64,000 nt of DNA from Vicinamibacterales bacterium (GCA_965229885.1 CBDDJX010000003.1:1424452-1488451), one strand, 5' to 3'; numbered from the stretch's first letter, positions 1 to 10,009 are shown. The notes: generated by a model not told the origin, from the letters alone. Program-made: numbers and translations.

Positions 1-760
1 CAATGCCTTCAATTGTGTATGCCGAATGCTGCTGCCAGCGTGGAGGCGAGTACCTGCGGTCTTAAGTGGAGGGGCCCATGGCTACACGGCCTAAGACATC
101 GATCGCATTGCTCCGCTGGACGGATTCACCAATCCCTCCGGCCGTGGCCTCCACGTTCACCCCGGATCAAGGGGTCGCGCGGCCGGCCGAGCGAAGTTCT
201 TCTGGGACATCGCCTTGGGTCCTGCTCGCCTCGGCCGCAACCTGCGGCATCTCGTGACCCTGCTTGAGGATGTGCAGGTGCTCGGGATTGCGTTCGTATC
301 TCTCGCCGAGGGTATCGACGCCACCACGCCGGCCGGCAAGCTGCAGATGCACATCCTGGGGGCGAACGCCGAGTTCGAGCGGGCCAGGATCCAGGAACGA
401 GTCAGAGCCGGACTGGCACGGGCCAGGGCGCAAGGCGTCCGACTGGGGCGACCGCGACGCCGGATCGATCCAGAACGGCTCGCCAGCGTGGCCGGGTTGT
501 CCGAGAGAGACGCGGCACGACGGCTGGGGATCCCGCGGTCCACCCTTCAGCGTGGCTGGCCCAAAAACCCACCGAACCGAACCCCTGAAATCCTCCAAAA
601 ACCTGGCGGTCCTGATGGGCGATGGCAACGTCGAGCCCATCCTGGGCTACCTTTTTCGACGAAGCCCCTATCGGGTGGCGGCCGAAAAAGGAGAGTCGCG
701 CAAGTGCGGCCGTGTGTGGGGAACGCCCGTGGCTTCATGAACGAACCGCCCGAAGCCTAG
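1..760 (+). pseudogene. Serine recombinase (resolvase/invertase family), decayed, N-terminal half broken
   Basis: ORF 215..760 gives the conserved resolvase C-terminal half (LGRNLRHLV, SLAEGIDATTPAGKLQMHILGANAEFERARIQERVRAGLARARAQGVRLGRP, HTH ERDAARRLGIPRSTLQR). The catalytic N-terminal half is only recognisable as pieces in frames 1 and 3 (e.g. RGRPSEVLLGHRL). Frame 2 has a stop near 92, so there is at least one frameshift. Confidence 0.6.
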
Positions 761-3105
761 AAACGGAAGACGCGGTTGATCTTGACGATGAAGGCTCGAT
801 TGTCCAGCGAGGGGAATGAAGGCATCAGGGCGTCCCGCTGCTCGTTGTACACGATGAAGAGCTCACTTCCCGGCTGATACTCCCAGCGGAACCGCACATT
901 CGCCGCCACCGTGTTGTTCCCGGAGTTGTATTGCACCAGCGCGGTGGCAAACATCAGCGGCGTCATCGTGTACGTGGTACGCGTGCTGATCACCTTCGTG
1001 GTGAACTGTCCCTGCACGAGATCGATCTTGTTGATCGAGACGCTCGGCTCAATCGAAATCTGCGGGCCGAAGCTCACGCGGCCCCGGGTGACCGTGAGCG
1101 TTGTCTTGTGGCCGTTAAAGAACGTCCCGTACCCCGCCCTCACCGTGCCCGACACCTTTCGCTGCTGGCCGAAAACGTAGGAAAGCTCGCCGCTGCCGAA
1201 GTCGTACTCGCCCCCCGGCACGGTCACGTTCGTGGCGATGGGGAACGGCGCGGGCAAGAACTCGGTCTCACTCGTGTACTCGAACGTGAATCGATCGCTG
1301 TTATGGAACTGAACCTCGAACTGTCCTTCCGCCGTGCGGGTCTCGAGCCGTCCCGAGCCGTTCTCAATGTGATTGAACTGGCCGGTCCATAAGTACCGTC
1401 GCACGCGCTTGCTGTTCGTCGTCCGGGGGCTGAATCGGCCCGACACGAAATTCTTGCGCATGTCGCGGCGGCGCACGAAACCAATCTGCGGATCGAAATG
1501 CGCGCCGACCATCAGATGATCCACTTGCAGGCCGTACCGGTCGCCGGCGAAGTCGAACTGGGCGCGGTAACTGCTGTCGTCGTCAGTCACCCCGGTCGTC
1601 GTCGTGCGCGCCCAATAGGCGTTGGCGACCAGGTCGGCCCTGAACGAAAACTGGGCGTCGAGACCGTAGGCCTGGTTGTCACCGTCGCCGGTGATCGCGC
1701 GGGACCGCTGCGTGAAGATGGCGCCGACGTTGCTCTGGCCCAGGATATCGCGCCGGACCCGCATGACCGTGAAGTTCGTCGAGCGGATCCCCGATACCGG
1801 CTCGTCCTTGGATTGGACGTTGATGCCCCCGAGCGTGAAGCGCCCTACCCGGCCCGTGAGCCGGCCGCCGCCCCAGAGGGGGATCTCGCGCCCGGTGGAT
1901 AACCCGATCCGGCGGCTGTAAAACATGAGCGGTGTGTCAGACCCACCGGCCCTGGTCGAAGCTCCGCCGAAGCCGAACGTGCCGGCGTTCTCGAGAAAGA
2001 ACTCGCGCTTTTCTGGAAAAAACAGGCTGAAGCGCGTGAGGTTCACCTGCTGCTGGTCGGCCTCCACCTGCGCGAAGTCGGTGTTGTACGTGAAGTCGGC
2101 GGTCAGGCTCTGCGTCAGGCCGTACTTCAGATCGAGGCCGAAGTCGGCGTCCGCATCGTTTCGCACGGCCGGCTGGGCAGTCGTGTCGGTGATGATGTGT
2201 GAGGTGACGTATGGCTTGATCTCGAGGTTCTTCGACGCGCCGGTTGGCGCCTCAATCCCGACGAGCGTGGCGGCCAGGGACGACCGAAAATGACCGGTCT
2301 GGCCCACCGACGCGGGGAGCGGTGTCAGGAACGACACCTCGTTCTTCGCAAAGTTCTTTCGCCGCGCCTGAAAGCCCCACACCTGCGACGTCCCCGTCTT
2401 GTAGCGCAGTGACTTAAACGGCACGGCCGCTTCAACCGTCCAGCCGCCCTCGAACCGGCCGGTCTTCACCTCCCAGATGGGATTCCAGTCCAGGTTGGGC
2501 GAGCGCTCATTGGTTATGGCCGCGTCCATATAGCCCCCTGCCGCGGAGATGTCGAAGGTGATGGCGTTACGGCGGTCATAAAACGTATCGAAGCTGAACC
2601 CGAACAGATCGTTTTGGATGACGTTGAAGGAGTCGTGCTGCATCGCGTTCGCGACCAGGCGCTCGGGATGGCTTTCCCAGCAACGCGCGATGACGTACAC
2701 GTTGTCCGTGTCGTACAAAATCCAAACCTCTGTTTTTTCGGTTGCCGGCGCACCCTCGTTCGGGTCGTTCTGAATGAAGCCCGAAATCGCCGGCACCTGA
2801 CGGTACACCTCTTCATCGAGACGGCCGTCGATCCGTAGCGGCGTCGTGAGCCGCACCGCGCGAATCGTGGCGCGGCCGGCCGCGTCGCGGCTAATGGTTG
2901 CGGGAGAGACGGGGGGCGGTGGACCATTGAACGCCGCGGGAAAACTGGCTGTGCCTGTCGGGGGTGCCTGACCCGCCACGACGTCAACGCCAGCGAGGGC
3001 AAGGAACACAGAAAGCAACGAGGCGATTCGCACGTGTTGATGCGGTATGGGTAGAACTTCTCGCGGCAACCGGCGCCAGCAATGGGTTTCAAGCGGGATC
3101 TCCAT
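757..3105 (-). CDS. Exported/outer-membrane protein, carbohydrate-binding (CBM9-like) N-domain plus DUF5916-type beta-barrel
   Basis: The long ORF 757..3258 has an internal ATG at 3105 followed by signal peptide RIASLLSVFLALAGVDVVAGQ. DGRLDEEVYRQVPAISGFIQNDPNEG and WNPIWEVKTGRFEGGWTVEAAVPFKSLRY resemble this family from memory. The C-terminal ...INRVFRF aromatic terminus is typical of OM barrels. Confidence 0.7.
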   Translation of the reverse strand: MEIPLETHCWRRLPREVLPIPHQHVRIASLLSVFLALAGVDVVAGQAPPTGTASFPAAFNGPPPPVSPATISRDAAGRATIRAVRLTTPLRIDGRLDEEVYRQVPAISGFIQNDPNEGAPATEKTEVWILYDTDNVYVIARCWESHPERLVANAMQHDSFNVIQNDLFGFSFDTFYDRRNAITFDISAAGGYMDAAITNERSPNLDWNPIWEVKTGRFEGGWTVEAAVPFKSLRYKTGTSQVWGFQARRKNFAKNEVSFLTPLPASVGQTGHFRSSLAATLVGIEAPTGASKNLEIKPYVTSHIITDTTAQPAVRNDADADFGLDLKYGLTQSLTADFTYNTDFAQVEADQQQVNLTRFSLFFPEKREFFLENAGTFGFGGASTRAGGSDTPLMFYSRRIGLSTGREIPLWGGGRLTGRVGRFTLGGINVQSKDEPVSGIRSTNFTVMRVRRDILGQSNVGAIFTQRSRAITGDGDNQAYGLDAQFSFRADLVANAYWARTTTTGVTDDDSSYRAQFDFAGDRYGLQVDHLMVGAHFDPQIGFVRRRDMRKNFVSGRFSPRTTNSKRVRRYLWTGQFNHIENGSGRLETRTAEGQFEVQFHNSDRFTFEYTSETEFLPAPFPIATNVTVPGGEYDFGSGELSYVFGQQRKVSGTVRAGYGTFFNGHKTTLTVTRGRVSFGPQISIEPSVSINKIDLVQGQFTTKVISTRTTYTMTPLMFATALVQYNSGNNTVAANVRFRWEYQPGSELFIVYNEQRDALMPSFPSLDNRAFIVKINRVFRF

Positions 3106-3324
3106 TTTGCCTGCCCCGGATGGTCGCTTTATACACCGTAGATCCGCCGAGTCCACGAAACCTCCTTCGTCGCACAATCGTCCAAGGTCCGAATACTGAT
3201 ATCTCCGTCTCGAAAGACCGATAGCTATTCTGGCAGTTTTAAGGTCGCGAATAGACATCGATGTTTTCGAAAGGATAGGCGGGGCCCAAGGGACCAGCTC
3301 TCGGATGCTATTGTACTGCTATGG

Positions 3325-3648
3325 TGAGCTTGATCCGGTTTTGTGGACACAATCCGAAAGGTGGATACGATGTCCAGAAGGGGATCACGCAGAGCGGGAC
3401 GACGCGCGCGACGACAGTTCACTGAGGAGTTCATGGCCGGCGCGGTCCGGCTCGTGTTGGATGAGGGCAAGACGATCGGTGCCGGCTCGCGCGACCTGGA
3501 TCTGACGCCGTCATCGCTGGCGCATTGGGTCCGACACGCCCAAGCCGATCGGACGAAAGGCAAGACCGGCCTGACGACGGCGGAGCGGGAGGAGCTGGCA
3601 CGGTTCCGCAAAGAGAATCGGATCCTCGCCGAGGAGCGCGACATCCTG
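3325..3648 (+). mobile_element. IS3-family element type A, 5' fragment (left IR plus truncated orfA)
   Basis: Starts TGAGCTTGATCCGG... Near-identical to 8767..9092. orfA MSRRGSRRAGRRARRQFTEEFMAGAVRLVLDEGKTIG...ELARFRKENRILAEERDIL (HTH plus leucine zipper). Homology stops abruptly after ...gacatcctg at 3648. Confidence 0.85.
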
Positions 3649-3659
3649 TTGCAAACACG

Positions 3660-3893
3660 CGGCTTATTTTCTGGCTTGCACCTGGATCGGCGCCCTCCTC
3701 GGTGCTGCCGATGATCTGGAGGAAGTCGAGGATCACGAGGAGGGACTTCTCGCCGGGCGTGGCCTCTGGATACGTCTCGCGGAGCGCCTTCACGGCCTCG
3801 TGGAGCCCGTTGGGCTCCGAACGACCGACGAGTATCCGCGTTTTTGCTGTCGACGTCAGAATTTCGTCGCCAACCTTAGCTTTCCTTAGCATG
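3660..3893 (-). pseudogene. Fragment of a RecA/DnaB-like (AAA_25-type) ATPase
   Basis: The minus-strand translation MLRKAKVGDEILTS...EKSLLVILDFLQIIGSTEEG resembles the ..LVVIDYLQ.. strand of RecA-superfamily ATPases. It is sandwiched between two IS fragments with no complete ORF. Confidence 0.25.
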
Positions 3894-3924
3894 CGCGAAG
3901 ATGCCCGAGGCGCGCCTGACGCGT

Positions 3925-4380
3925 GCTCGCGTACAACTTGGGCAACCTGTGGCGGTGGCTGGTGCTGCCACGGCGCATCGAGAGTTGGTCGTTGACCAGC
4001 CTCCAGCAGCGCCTCGTCAAGACGGGCGGGCGCTTGGTGAAACACGCGCGGTGCTACTGGCTGTTGCTGGCGGAGAGTCATCTGACACGACGCCTGTTCG
4101 GGGCGATGCTGCGGCGGATCTGGGCGTTACCCGTCCCGTCGAGCTAACGGTCAGCGAGTTCAGCGAAGAACGTTGGCGAAGAACAAGCACAAGTGTGGAG
4201 AGGTGTCCGAGAAATGCAGTGGAACCGCGCCGATTCAGGTGGATTCCAGGCCCGGACGGTCCCCGGCTCTGGGGTTCAGGGCGCTGGAGAGTCGGCGATC
4301 AGAAAAACCGCTTGCAACCGGCTCACGGGTGTAGCATCGGTCTGTTCGGGGAAGGCAAATCGGAAATCCCGGTCAACAGG
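3925..4380 (+). mobile_element. IS1380-like element, 3' terminal fragment (copy 1)
   Basis: Encodes only the transposase C-terminus VLAYNLGNLWRWLVLPRRIESWSLTSLQQRLVKTGGRLVKHARCYWLLLAESHLTRRLFGAMLRRIWALP, followed by about 225 bp of non-coding end (...ggaaggcaaatcggaaatcccgg). It repeats at 6150..6606. Confidence 0.7.
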
Positions 4381-4389
4381 AGATCTGAG

Positions 4390-5619
4390 ATGAGGCAACG
4401 ATCTATTGTGGTAATCGGCGGGGCAGCGGTGATGACCGCTGCAGTCGTGCTCCTGCAACTAGTGCGGCCGAGCACGGCCGCAGGCCAGACCCCAACGGGG
4501 ACGGCGACGGAAACTGCCCTCAAGACGCCATGGGGTGAGCCGGATCTACAGGGCATCTGGACCAACGATTTTGAGGTTGCCCTCCAACGACCTGCCCGGT
4601 TTGCTGACAAAGAATTCTTGACGGAGGCAGAAATAGTCGCGTTGGATAAGGAACGAGCGGGTTCGGCCAGGCTCGGTGCCCGCGTTGCACAGAAGGGGAC
4701 CGTGCAGGACGTCGCCGGCGCCTACAACACCGTGTTCACGACCACGAAGTATAGCGGCCGACGCACCTCGCTCGTTGTGGATCCGCCGAACGGGAGAATT
4801 CCGCCGGTGACGCCGCAGGCGCAGAAGCGAACGGACGAACGACGAGCGTTTGAGCTGGCCCTCCTCCAAGCGACAGAGGTTTGCAAGAACAAAATGGCTG
4901 AGTGCGCGGGTGGAACCTACGGACCTCCGTCACCGCGCTTTGCAGAGCCGGGTCCGTATTATGGGGCGCCGGGTTTCCGTAATCGTGCCGACGGTCCAGA
5001 GGACCGAGGCATGAGTGAGCGGTGTTTGGGCTTCGGCCTGCCAGATTTTGGTGGTGGTGTCCTGCCTTTTTACCCTCGGATTGTGCAGTCACGTGAAACG
5101 GTGTCGATCTATTACGACGTGGGCCAGGGACAGGGATGGTTACGCGTCATTCCCATCACGAACCGTCCGCATCTGCCCAGTACTGTCCGCCAGTGGTGGG
5201 GGGACTCGCGGGGTCGGTGGGAGGGCAATACGCTGGTGGTCGACGTGACGAATTTCGATCCCAAGAAGGAATACCGTGGATCCAGCGTGAACTTGCACCT
5301 GATTGAACGCTTTACCCGCGTCGACGCCGAGACGCTCGAATATTCGGTCACAGTCGATGATCCGACGACGTGGACGAGATCGTGGACGGCCAAGCAGGAA
5401 TGGACGAAACAAGACGACCAGCTGAATCGACACTATATCGAGCCGCGCTGTTCCGAGGGCAACTACGGCTTGGTGGGCCAACTCGTTAATACTCGCGCCC
5501 TGGAGAAGGATTTTGCCGCAGGGCGGGGGCCTGATCCGCGCACGTTCTGTATTGGCAGCTGCGGAAGCGGACGAACTGACGAAAATAGTGATCCGTTGCA
5601 GCTGCGGGCTGACCGGTAA
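4390..5619 (+). CDS. Conserved exported hypothetical protein
   Basis: ATG at 4390 preceded by AGGAG. N-terminal hydrophobic segment IVVIGGAAVMTAAVVLLQLV. High third-position GC across 409 codons. Motifs TPWGEPDLQGIWT and SLVVDPPNGRIPP resemble an uncharacterised exported family from memory. Confidence 0.8.
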   Translation: MRQRSIVVIGGAAVMTAAVVLLQLVRPSTAAGQTPTGTATETALKTPWGEPDLQGIWTNDFEVALQRPARFADKEFLTEAEIVALDKERAGSARLGARVAQKGTVQDVAGAYNTVFTTTKYSGRRTSLVVDPPNGRIPPVTPQAQKRTDERRAFELALLQATEVCKNKMAECAGGTYGPPSPRFAEPGPYYGAPGFRNRADGPEDRGMSERCLGFGLPDFGGGVLPFYPRIVQSRETVSIYYDVGQGQGWLRVIPITNRPHLPSTVRQWWGDSRGRWEGNTLVVDVTNFDPKKEYRGSSVNLHLIERFTRVDAETLEYSVTVDDPTTWTRSWTAKQEWTKQDDQLNRHYIEPRCSEGNYGLVGQLVNTRALEKDFAAGRGPDPRTFCIGSCGSGRTDENSDPLQLRADR

Positions 5620-5989
5620 ACGCGCTGGTGCGTGAAAGATGAAGCCGGACGCGCCTTCCTGGGTCTTGGATCCGGTGCTTAAGCCTCCGTGCAACCTACA
5701 GCGACCATTTGGCATGGCTGGGCACTGGCACGGCGTCCCTTTTCGCGTCTTCGCACCGCACCGGGGTGCCCTTGAAAAGTCACCGGGTGGCTTGCCGTGT
5801 CGCAGCCAGCCACGTCACGTCACGTCTCATGGGGTGTTCGTTCGAATTTAGGAGCCATCCCCCCCTCGGTCTCACGTGGTTGCTTCGTCGCGCTCACCGG
5901 CCAGACTAACAGATTGTCCGAGCCCAGAGCCTGGAGGTTGCAGATGATCCACCGCCTTGCTGCGTTCGTCCGCCGCCGAGGGGGATTCG

Positions 5990-6606
5990 CTGATGGCACA
6001 CGTGCGCCAGCAGATCGAGACAATGTTGGAGGTTCGGTGTTAGCGCGGCACGGCGGAGCAGTGGATCAAGGAGGGGAAGCAGGCGGCACACTGGACGCGA
6101 CTGTCGTGTCACCGGTTCCGGGGCAACGAAGTCCGACTCCAGTTGAGCGTCCTGGCCTACAACCTGGGGAACTTGTGGCGACGACTGGTGCTGCCGAAAC
6201 GTATCGACAGCTGGTCGTTGACCAGCGTGCAGCAGCGCCTCGTCAAGACCGGCGGGCGCTTGGTGAGACATGCCCGGTACTACTGGCTGTTGCTGGCGGA
6301 GAGTCATCTGACACGACGCCTGTTCGGGGCGATGCTGCGGCGGATCTGGGCGTTACCCGTCCCGTCGAGCTAACGGTCAGCGAGTTCAGCGAAGAACGTT
6401 GGCGAAGAATAAGCACAAGTGTGGAGAGGTGTCCGAGAAATGCAGTGGAACCGCGCCGATTCAGGTGGATTCCAGGCCGAGACGGTCCCCGGCTCTGGGG
6501 TTCAGGGCGCTGGAGAGTCGGCGATCAGGAAAACCGCTTGCAACCGGCTCACGGGTGTAGCATCGGCCTGTTCGGGGAAGGCAAATCGGAAATCCCGGCT
6601 AACATG
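5990..6606 (+). mobile_element. IS1380-like element, 3' terminal fragment (copy 2, longer)
   Basis: Translation ...RGTAEQWIKEGKQAAHWTRLSCHRFRGNEVRLQLSVLAYNLGNLWRRLVLPKRIDSWSLTSVQQRLVKTGGRLVRHARYYWLLLAESHLTRRLFGAMLRRIWALP, with an in-frame stop just upstream. It has the same non-coding terminus as copy 1. Confidence 0.7.
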
Positions 6607-6740
6607 CATCCCTGTCACTGACGGTCAGGGCGTGTGGGTGATGACGGGCACGGGCGTGATCAAGGCGTTCGACTTGGCCGGCAAGGAACTCTGGATGCGC
6701 GATCTGCCGAAAGACTACAGTACCTTCGGGATGCAGGTGA
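6606..6740 (+). pseudogene. PQQ-like beta-propeller repeat protein fragment
   Basis: [43 protein letters not shown] looks like one blade of a BamB/PQQ-like propeller. It starts directly at the IS1380-like end and has no start codon. Confidence 0.35.
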
Positions 6741-6812
6741 GCGGATCGTCTATAATTCGAGCCAGATATGTATGCCTGTCGTCGGGGTGAGGCTCACAAA
6801 AAGGAGAGTGTG

Positions 6813-7814
6813 ATGCGTAGGTGGACGATCTTCGGGTTGCTCGTGGCGGTCTCGTGCGGTGGCGCTGCACCGGAGCCGACGGCGGTGGTCGATCCGGAGC
6901 CCCCGCCGGCGGGCGTGATCGAGCGCCTCGACCCGGCGCTCGATGCGCTGGTGCCGGTCGATGCGGTCATCGAGAAGCTCGCCGAGGGCTTCGGCTTCAT
7001 CGAGGGGCCGGTGTGGGTAGACGACGACGGCGGTTTCCTGCTGTTCAGTGACATTCCGGGGAACGCGATCGTCAAGTGGACGCCGGACGGCACGGTCAGC
7101 GAATTCCTGTCGCCGGTCTACGAGGGCGAATACGAGGAAGGGCGCAATGTCGGCTCGAACGGCATCACGGTCGACTCGGATGGGCAGATCGTCTTCACGG
7201 AGCACTTCAACGGCCGCATCTCGCGCGTGGCGGCTGACGGCACCCGGAGCGTCGTCGTCGATAGCTATGAGGGCGGTCGACTCAACAGTCCGAACGATCT
7301 CGACTATAAGTCGGACGGCTCGCTCTACTTCACCGATCCGCCCTATGGGCTCCCATCGCCCGAAGACAGGGAACTCGACGTCAACGGCATCTATCGGTTG
7401 AGCCCGGATGGCTCGCTTATCCGACTGGCCGAGCAGCCGGGGCCCAACGGCATTGCATTCTCGCCGGACGAGTCGCGCCTGTATGTCGCGGACAGCTCCA
7501 GTCAACTGTGGATGGTGTACGACGTTGCCGACGACGGCACGCTGGGCGAGAGCGAGGTGCTGCTCGACGCGAGCGAGTCGGATGAGTCGGGCGGCGCCGA
7601 CGGTCTCAAGGTCGACGAGCGGGGCAATCTATGGGCGACCGGCCCGGGCGGGGTGTGGGTCATTAGCCCGGACGGGACGCATCTGGGTACGATAAAGCCC
7701 ACCGAGGCCCTGACCAACGTGGCTTTTGGCGATGCCGATCGCCGAACCCTCTACATGACCGGCCGCACCGAGTTGTATCGCATCCGGGTGAACGTGGCCG
7801 GCGACCGGCAGTAG
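6813..7814 (+). CDS. SMP-30/gluconolactonase/LRE family protein (exported)
   Basis: AAGGAG RBS then ATG at 6813. Signal/lipobox-like MRRWTIFGLLVAVSCGG. Family motifs GFGFIEGPVWV, FSDIPGNAI, LNSPNDL, LYFTDPPYG, PNGIAFSPDESRLYVAD, GADGLKVDERGNLW. Confidence 0.88.
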   Translation: MRRWTIFGLLVAVSCGGAAPEPTAVVDPEPPPAGVIERLDPALDALVPVDAVIEKLAEGFGFIEGPVWVDDDGGFLLFSDIPGNAIVKWTPDGTVSEFLSPVYEGEYEEGRNVGSNGITVDSDGQIVFTEHFNGRISRVAADGTRSVVVDSYEGGRLNSPNDLDYKSDGSLYFTDPPYGLPSPEDRELDVNGIYRLSPDGSLIRLAEQPGPNGIAFSPDESRLYVADSSSQLWMVYDVADDGTLGESEVLLDASESDESGGADGLKVDERGNLWATGPGGVWVISPDGTHLGTIKPTEALTNVAFGDADRRTLYMTGRTELYRIRVNVAGDRQ

Positions 7815-7878
7815 GGAGAGCTCGGCCGAGCCGGGGCGGCCGTCGGGCCTGGCCGCACGGAAGGCCCCCTCGGTAACC

Positions 7879-8202
7879 GTGAAGGCCAAGGTTCAGGAAA
7901 TTACGTACGTCGGGGACTGGTGCACCGGGAACGTGAGGCGACGGGTCTTCAGCGTTCCCGATGTTCCACCGTTCAGTGAATGGCCTAAACCGGAGCAGAC
8001 GACGGCCGCGATGGCCGGGGACATTGTCGTCCTATCCATGTACAGCATGAATGACCTCGCTGCGCTGATGAGCGCCGCGGGCGTCGAGATTTCCTGGAAG
8101 GCTGCCCAGGAGGACCTGTTCCACATCGAGTACAAGCCGCTGACCGAAGAGATGCAGAAAGGTTGCGGACAAATTCGTAGGAAAATCGGAAATGAATCGT
8201 AA
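7879..8202 (+). CDS. Hypothetical protein
   Basis: 107-codon ORF with coding-like third-position GC up to about 8160. No recognisable domain. Its 3' end overlaps the tail of the minus-strand pseudogene. Confidence 0.4.
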   Translation: MKAKVQEITYVGDWCTGNVRRRVFSVPDVPPFSEWPKPEQTTAAMAGDIVVLSMYSMNDLAALMSAAGVEISWKAAQEDLFHIEYKPLTEEMQKGCGQIRRKIGNES

Positions 8203-8766
8203 GCCCTCCGCTCGCGCGATATCGGCGTAGGACTGACAACGCATCTGAAATTGCACCAGCCAGCGCATGTGCTTTTTCAGCTCCGGCGCTGGCGTGCGAG
8301 AATCGACCGTGAAACCGGCATCCTTGGCGATGCGGTTCAGACGAAGTGTTCGAGCCTCGTAGTGATCACCGGCACGACGCAAAAAGTGCTCGCGCGGTTC
8401 TCGGAGAGGATTCGCGGAAAGAGGCGCAAGCATCTGCTCGTCATCAATCAGGGCCGTCTGTCGGTACGTGTCCTCGTAGCTCTTCGCAACGCGGTCGAGC
8501 ACGTCTTACCGAAAGATGGATCGCGGTAGAACATCAAGCGTTTCGAGTCGTCGCTGCCACTCCGGCGGATTAGGGTGCGGAAACTCACGCCCACCCGTCG
8601 TAAGCACTCGCCGCGCGCGCTGTGCGCGAGTACCACTCAAGTCGCGCTTGCGAATCGTGCGATCCGTCCTCACGAGGTCCGAGTCCCATTCGATGACACA
8701 TGGCGCATTCACGGCCCACTTTTTCGCCCACTGCGGAACCCGCGCTGGCGCAAGACCAAACAGTTC
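8203..8766 (-). pseudogene. Disrupted hypothetical gene (5' end cut by IS, in-frame TAA)
   Basis: ORFs 8506..8712 and 8032..8502 are in the same frame, separated by one TAA (plus-strand tta at 8506..8508). The frame stays open upstream right to the IS boundary at 8766. The C-terminal part (KKHMRWLVQFQMRCQSYADIARAEG) looks HTH-like. Confidence 0.5.
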
Positions 8767-8784
8767 TGAGCTTGATCCGGTTTC

Positions 8785-9090
8785 GTGGACACAATCCGAA
8801 AGGTGGATACGATGTCCAGAAGGGGATCACGCAGAGCGGGACGACGCGCGCGACGACAGTTCACTGAGGAGTTCATGGCCGGCGCGGTCCGGCTCGTGTT
8901 GGATGAGGGCAAGACGATCGGTGCCGGCTCGCGCGACCTGGATCTGACGCCGTCATCGCTGGCGCATTGGGTCCGACACGCCCAAGCCGATCGGACGAAA
9001 GGCAAGACCGGCCTGACGCCGGCGGAGCGGGAGGGCTGGCACGGCTCCGCAAAGCGAATCGGATCCTCGCCGAGGAGCGCGACATCCTGA
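8785..9090 (+). pseudogene. IS3 type A orfA with 1-nt deletion
   Basis: Identical to the 3343..3648 orfA until ..TPAERE. Then gggaggagctgg becomes gggagggctgg (one base lost), giving GWHGSAKRIGSSPRSATS instead of ELAR.RK.NRILAEERDIL. Confidence 0.75.
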
Positions 9091-9124
9091 AACAAGCGGC
9101 GGCCTTCTTCGCGAAGCAGAGCCG

Positions 9125-10009
9125 ATGAGGTGTACCTTCATCGCGGCGAAGAAGGCCGAGCATACGGTGAGCATTCTCTGTCGATGTCTGCGCGTGACGC
9201 GCAGCGGCTTCTACGCCTGGCAGCGTCGTCCGGAATCGACGCACACCCGTGATGATCGTCGGCTGACCGTGCTGGTGCGAGCTTCGTTCGAGGAGAGTAC
9301 GCAGCGGTACGGCAGCCCGCGCATTCACGAGGATCTGATCGAGCAGGACGAGCACGTCAGCCGCAAACGGGTCGTGCGATTGATGCAGGAAGACGGCCTG
9401 CAGGCGCGGCGCCGGAAGCGCTACAAGCTGACAACCATGAGTGATCACGCCCAACCGGTCGCGGCGAATCTACTGGACCGCCAGTGCGAGGCGGACGCGC
9501 CGAATCAGCGGTGGGTCGGCGACACGACCGAGTTCGTCATCGGCAGCAGCGGCAAGCTCTACCTCGCGGCGATCCTAGATCTGTTCTCGCGGCGCATCGT
9601 CGGCTGGCGCGTGTCGGCGTCGCTGCGGACGGACTTCGTGCTCGATGCGCTCGAACAAGCGGTGTGCGAACGTGGCGCGGATCGCGTCAGCGGCCTGGTG
9701 CATCACAGCGACCGGGGTACGCAGTATCTGTCGATGCGGTACACCGACCGGCTCGCCGACGCCGGCATCGCGCCGTCGGTCGGCAACCGAGGCGACTCCT
9801 ATGACAATGCCCTCGCCGAGTCGATGATTGGGCTCCTCAAGACGGAGGTGATTCGACGGCAAGGTCCGTGGCCGCATCTGGCGCGGGTGGAATTCGCGAC
9901 GCTGGCGTGGGTGGATTGGTTCAACAACCGCCGGTTGCTCGAGCCCGTCGGCTACGTGCCGCCTGCGGCATTCGACGCGCACTACTATGAGCAGGTTAAG
10001 GTGGCCTGA
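9125..10009 (+). CDS. IS3-family transposase OrfB (rve/DDE integrase domain), apparently intact
   Basis: NQRWVGDTTEF (first D), HHSDRGTQYLS (second D), GDSYDNALAES (E) motifs. 294 codons without interruption. Confidence 0.85.
   Translation: MRCTFIAAKKAEHTVSILCRCLRVTRSGFYAWQRRPESTHTRDDRRLTVLVRASFEESTQRYGSPRIHEDLIEQDEHVSRKRVVRLMQEDGLQARRRKRYKLTTMSDHAQPVAANLLDRQCEADAPNQRWVGDTTEFVIGSSGKLYLAAILDLFSRRIVGWRVSASLRTDFVLDALEQAVCERGADRVSGLVHHSDRGTQYLSMRYTDRLADAGIAPSVGNRGDSYDNALAESMIGLLKTEVIRRQGPWPHLARVEFATLAWVDWFNNRRLLEPVGYVPPAAFDAHYYEQVKVA

Noticed and set aside
5797-6621. 274-aa ORF spanning the 5.8-6.6 kb region.
   Set aside because: It runs out of frame across the IS1380-like fragment, and its C-terminal half duplicates the out-of-frame translation seen in the 3901..5619 ORF. 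It is an artefact of repeated IS sequence.
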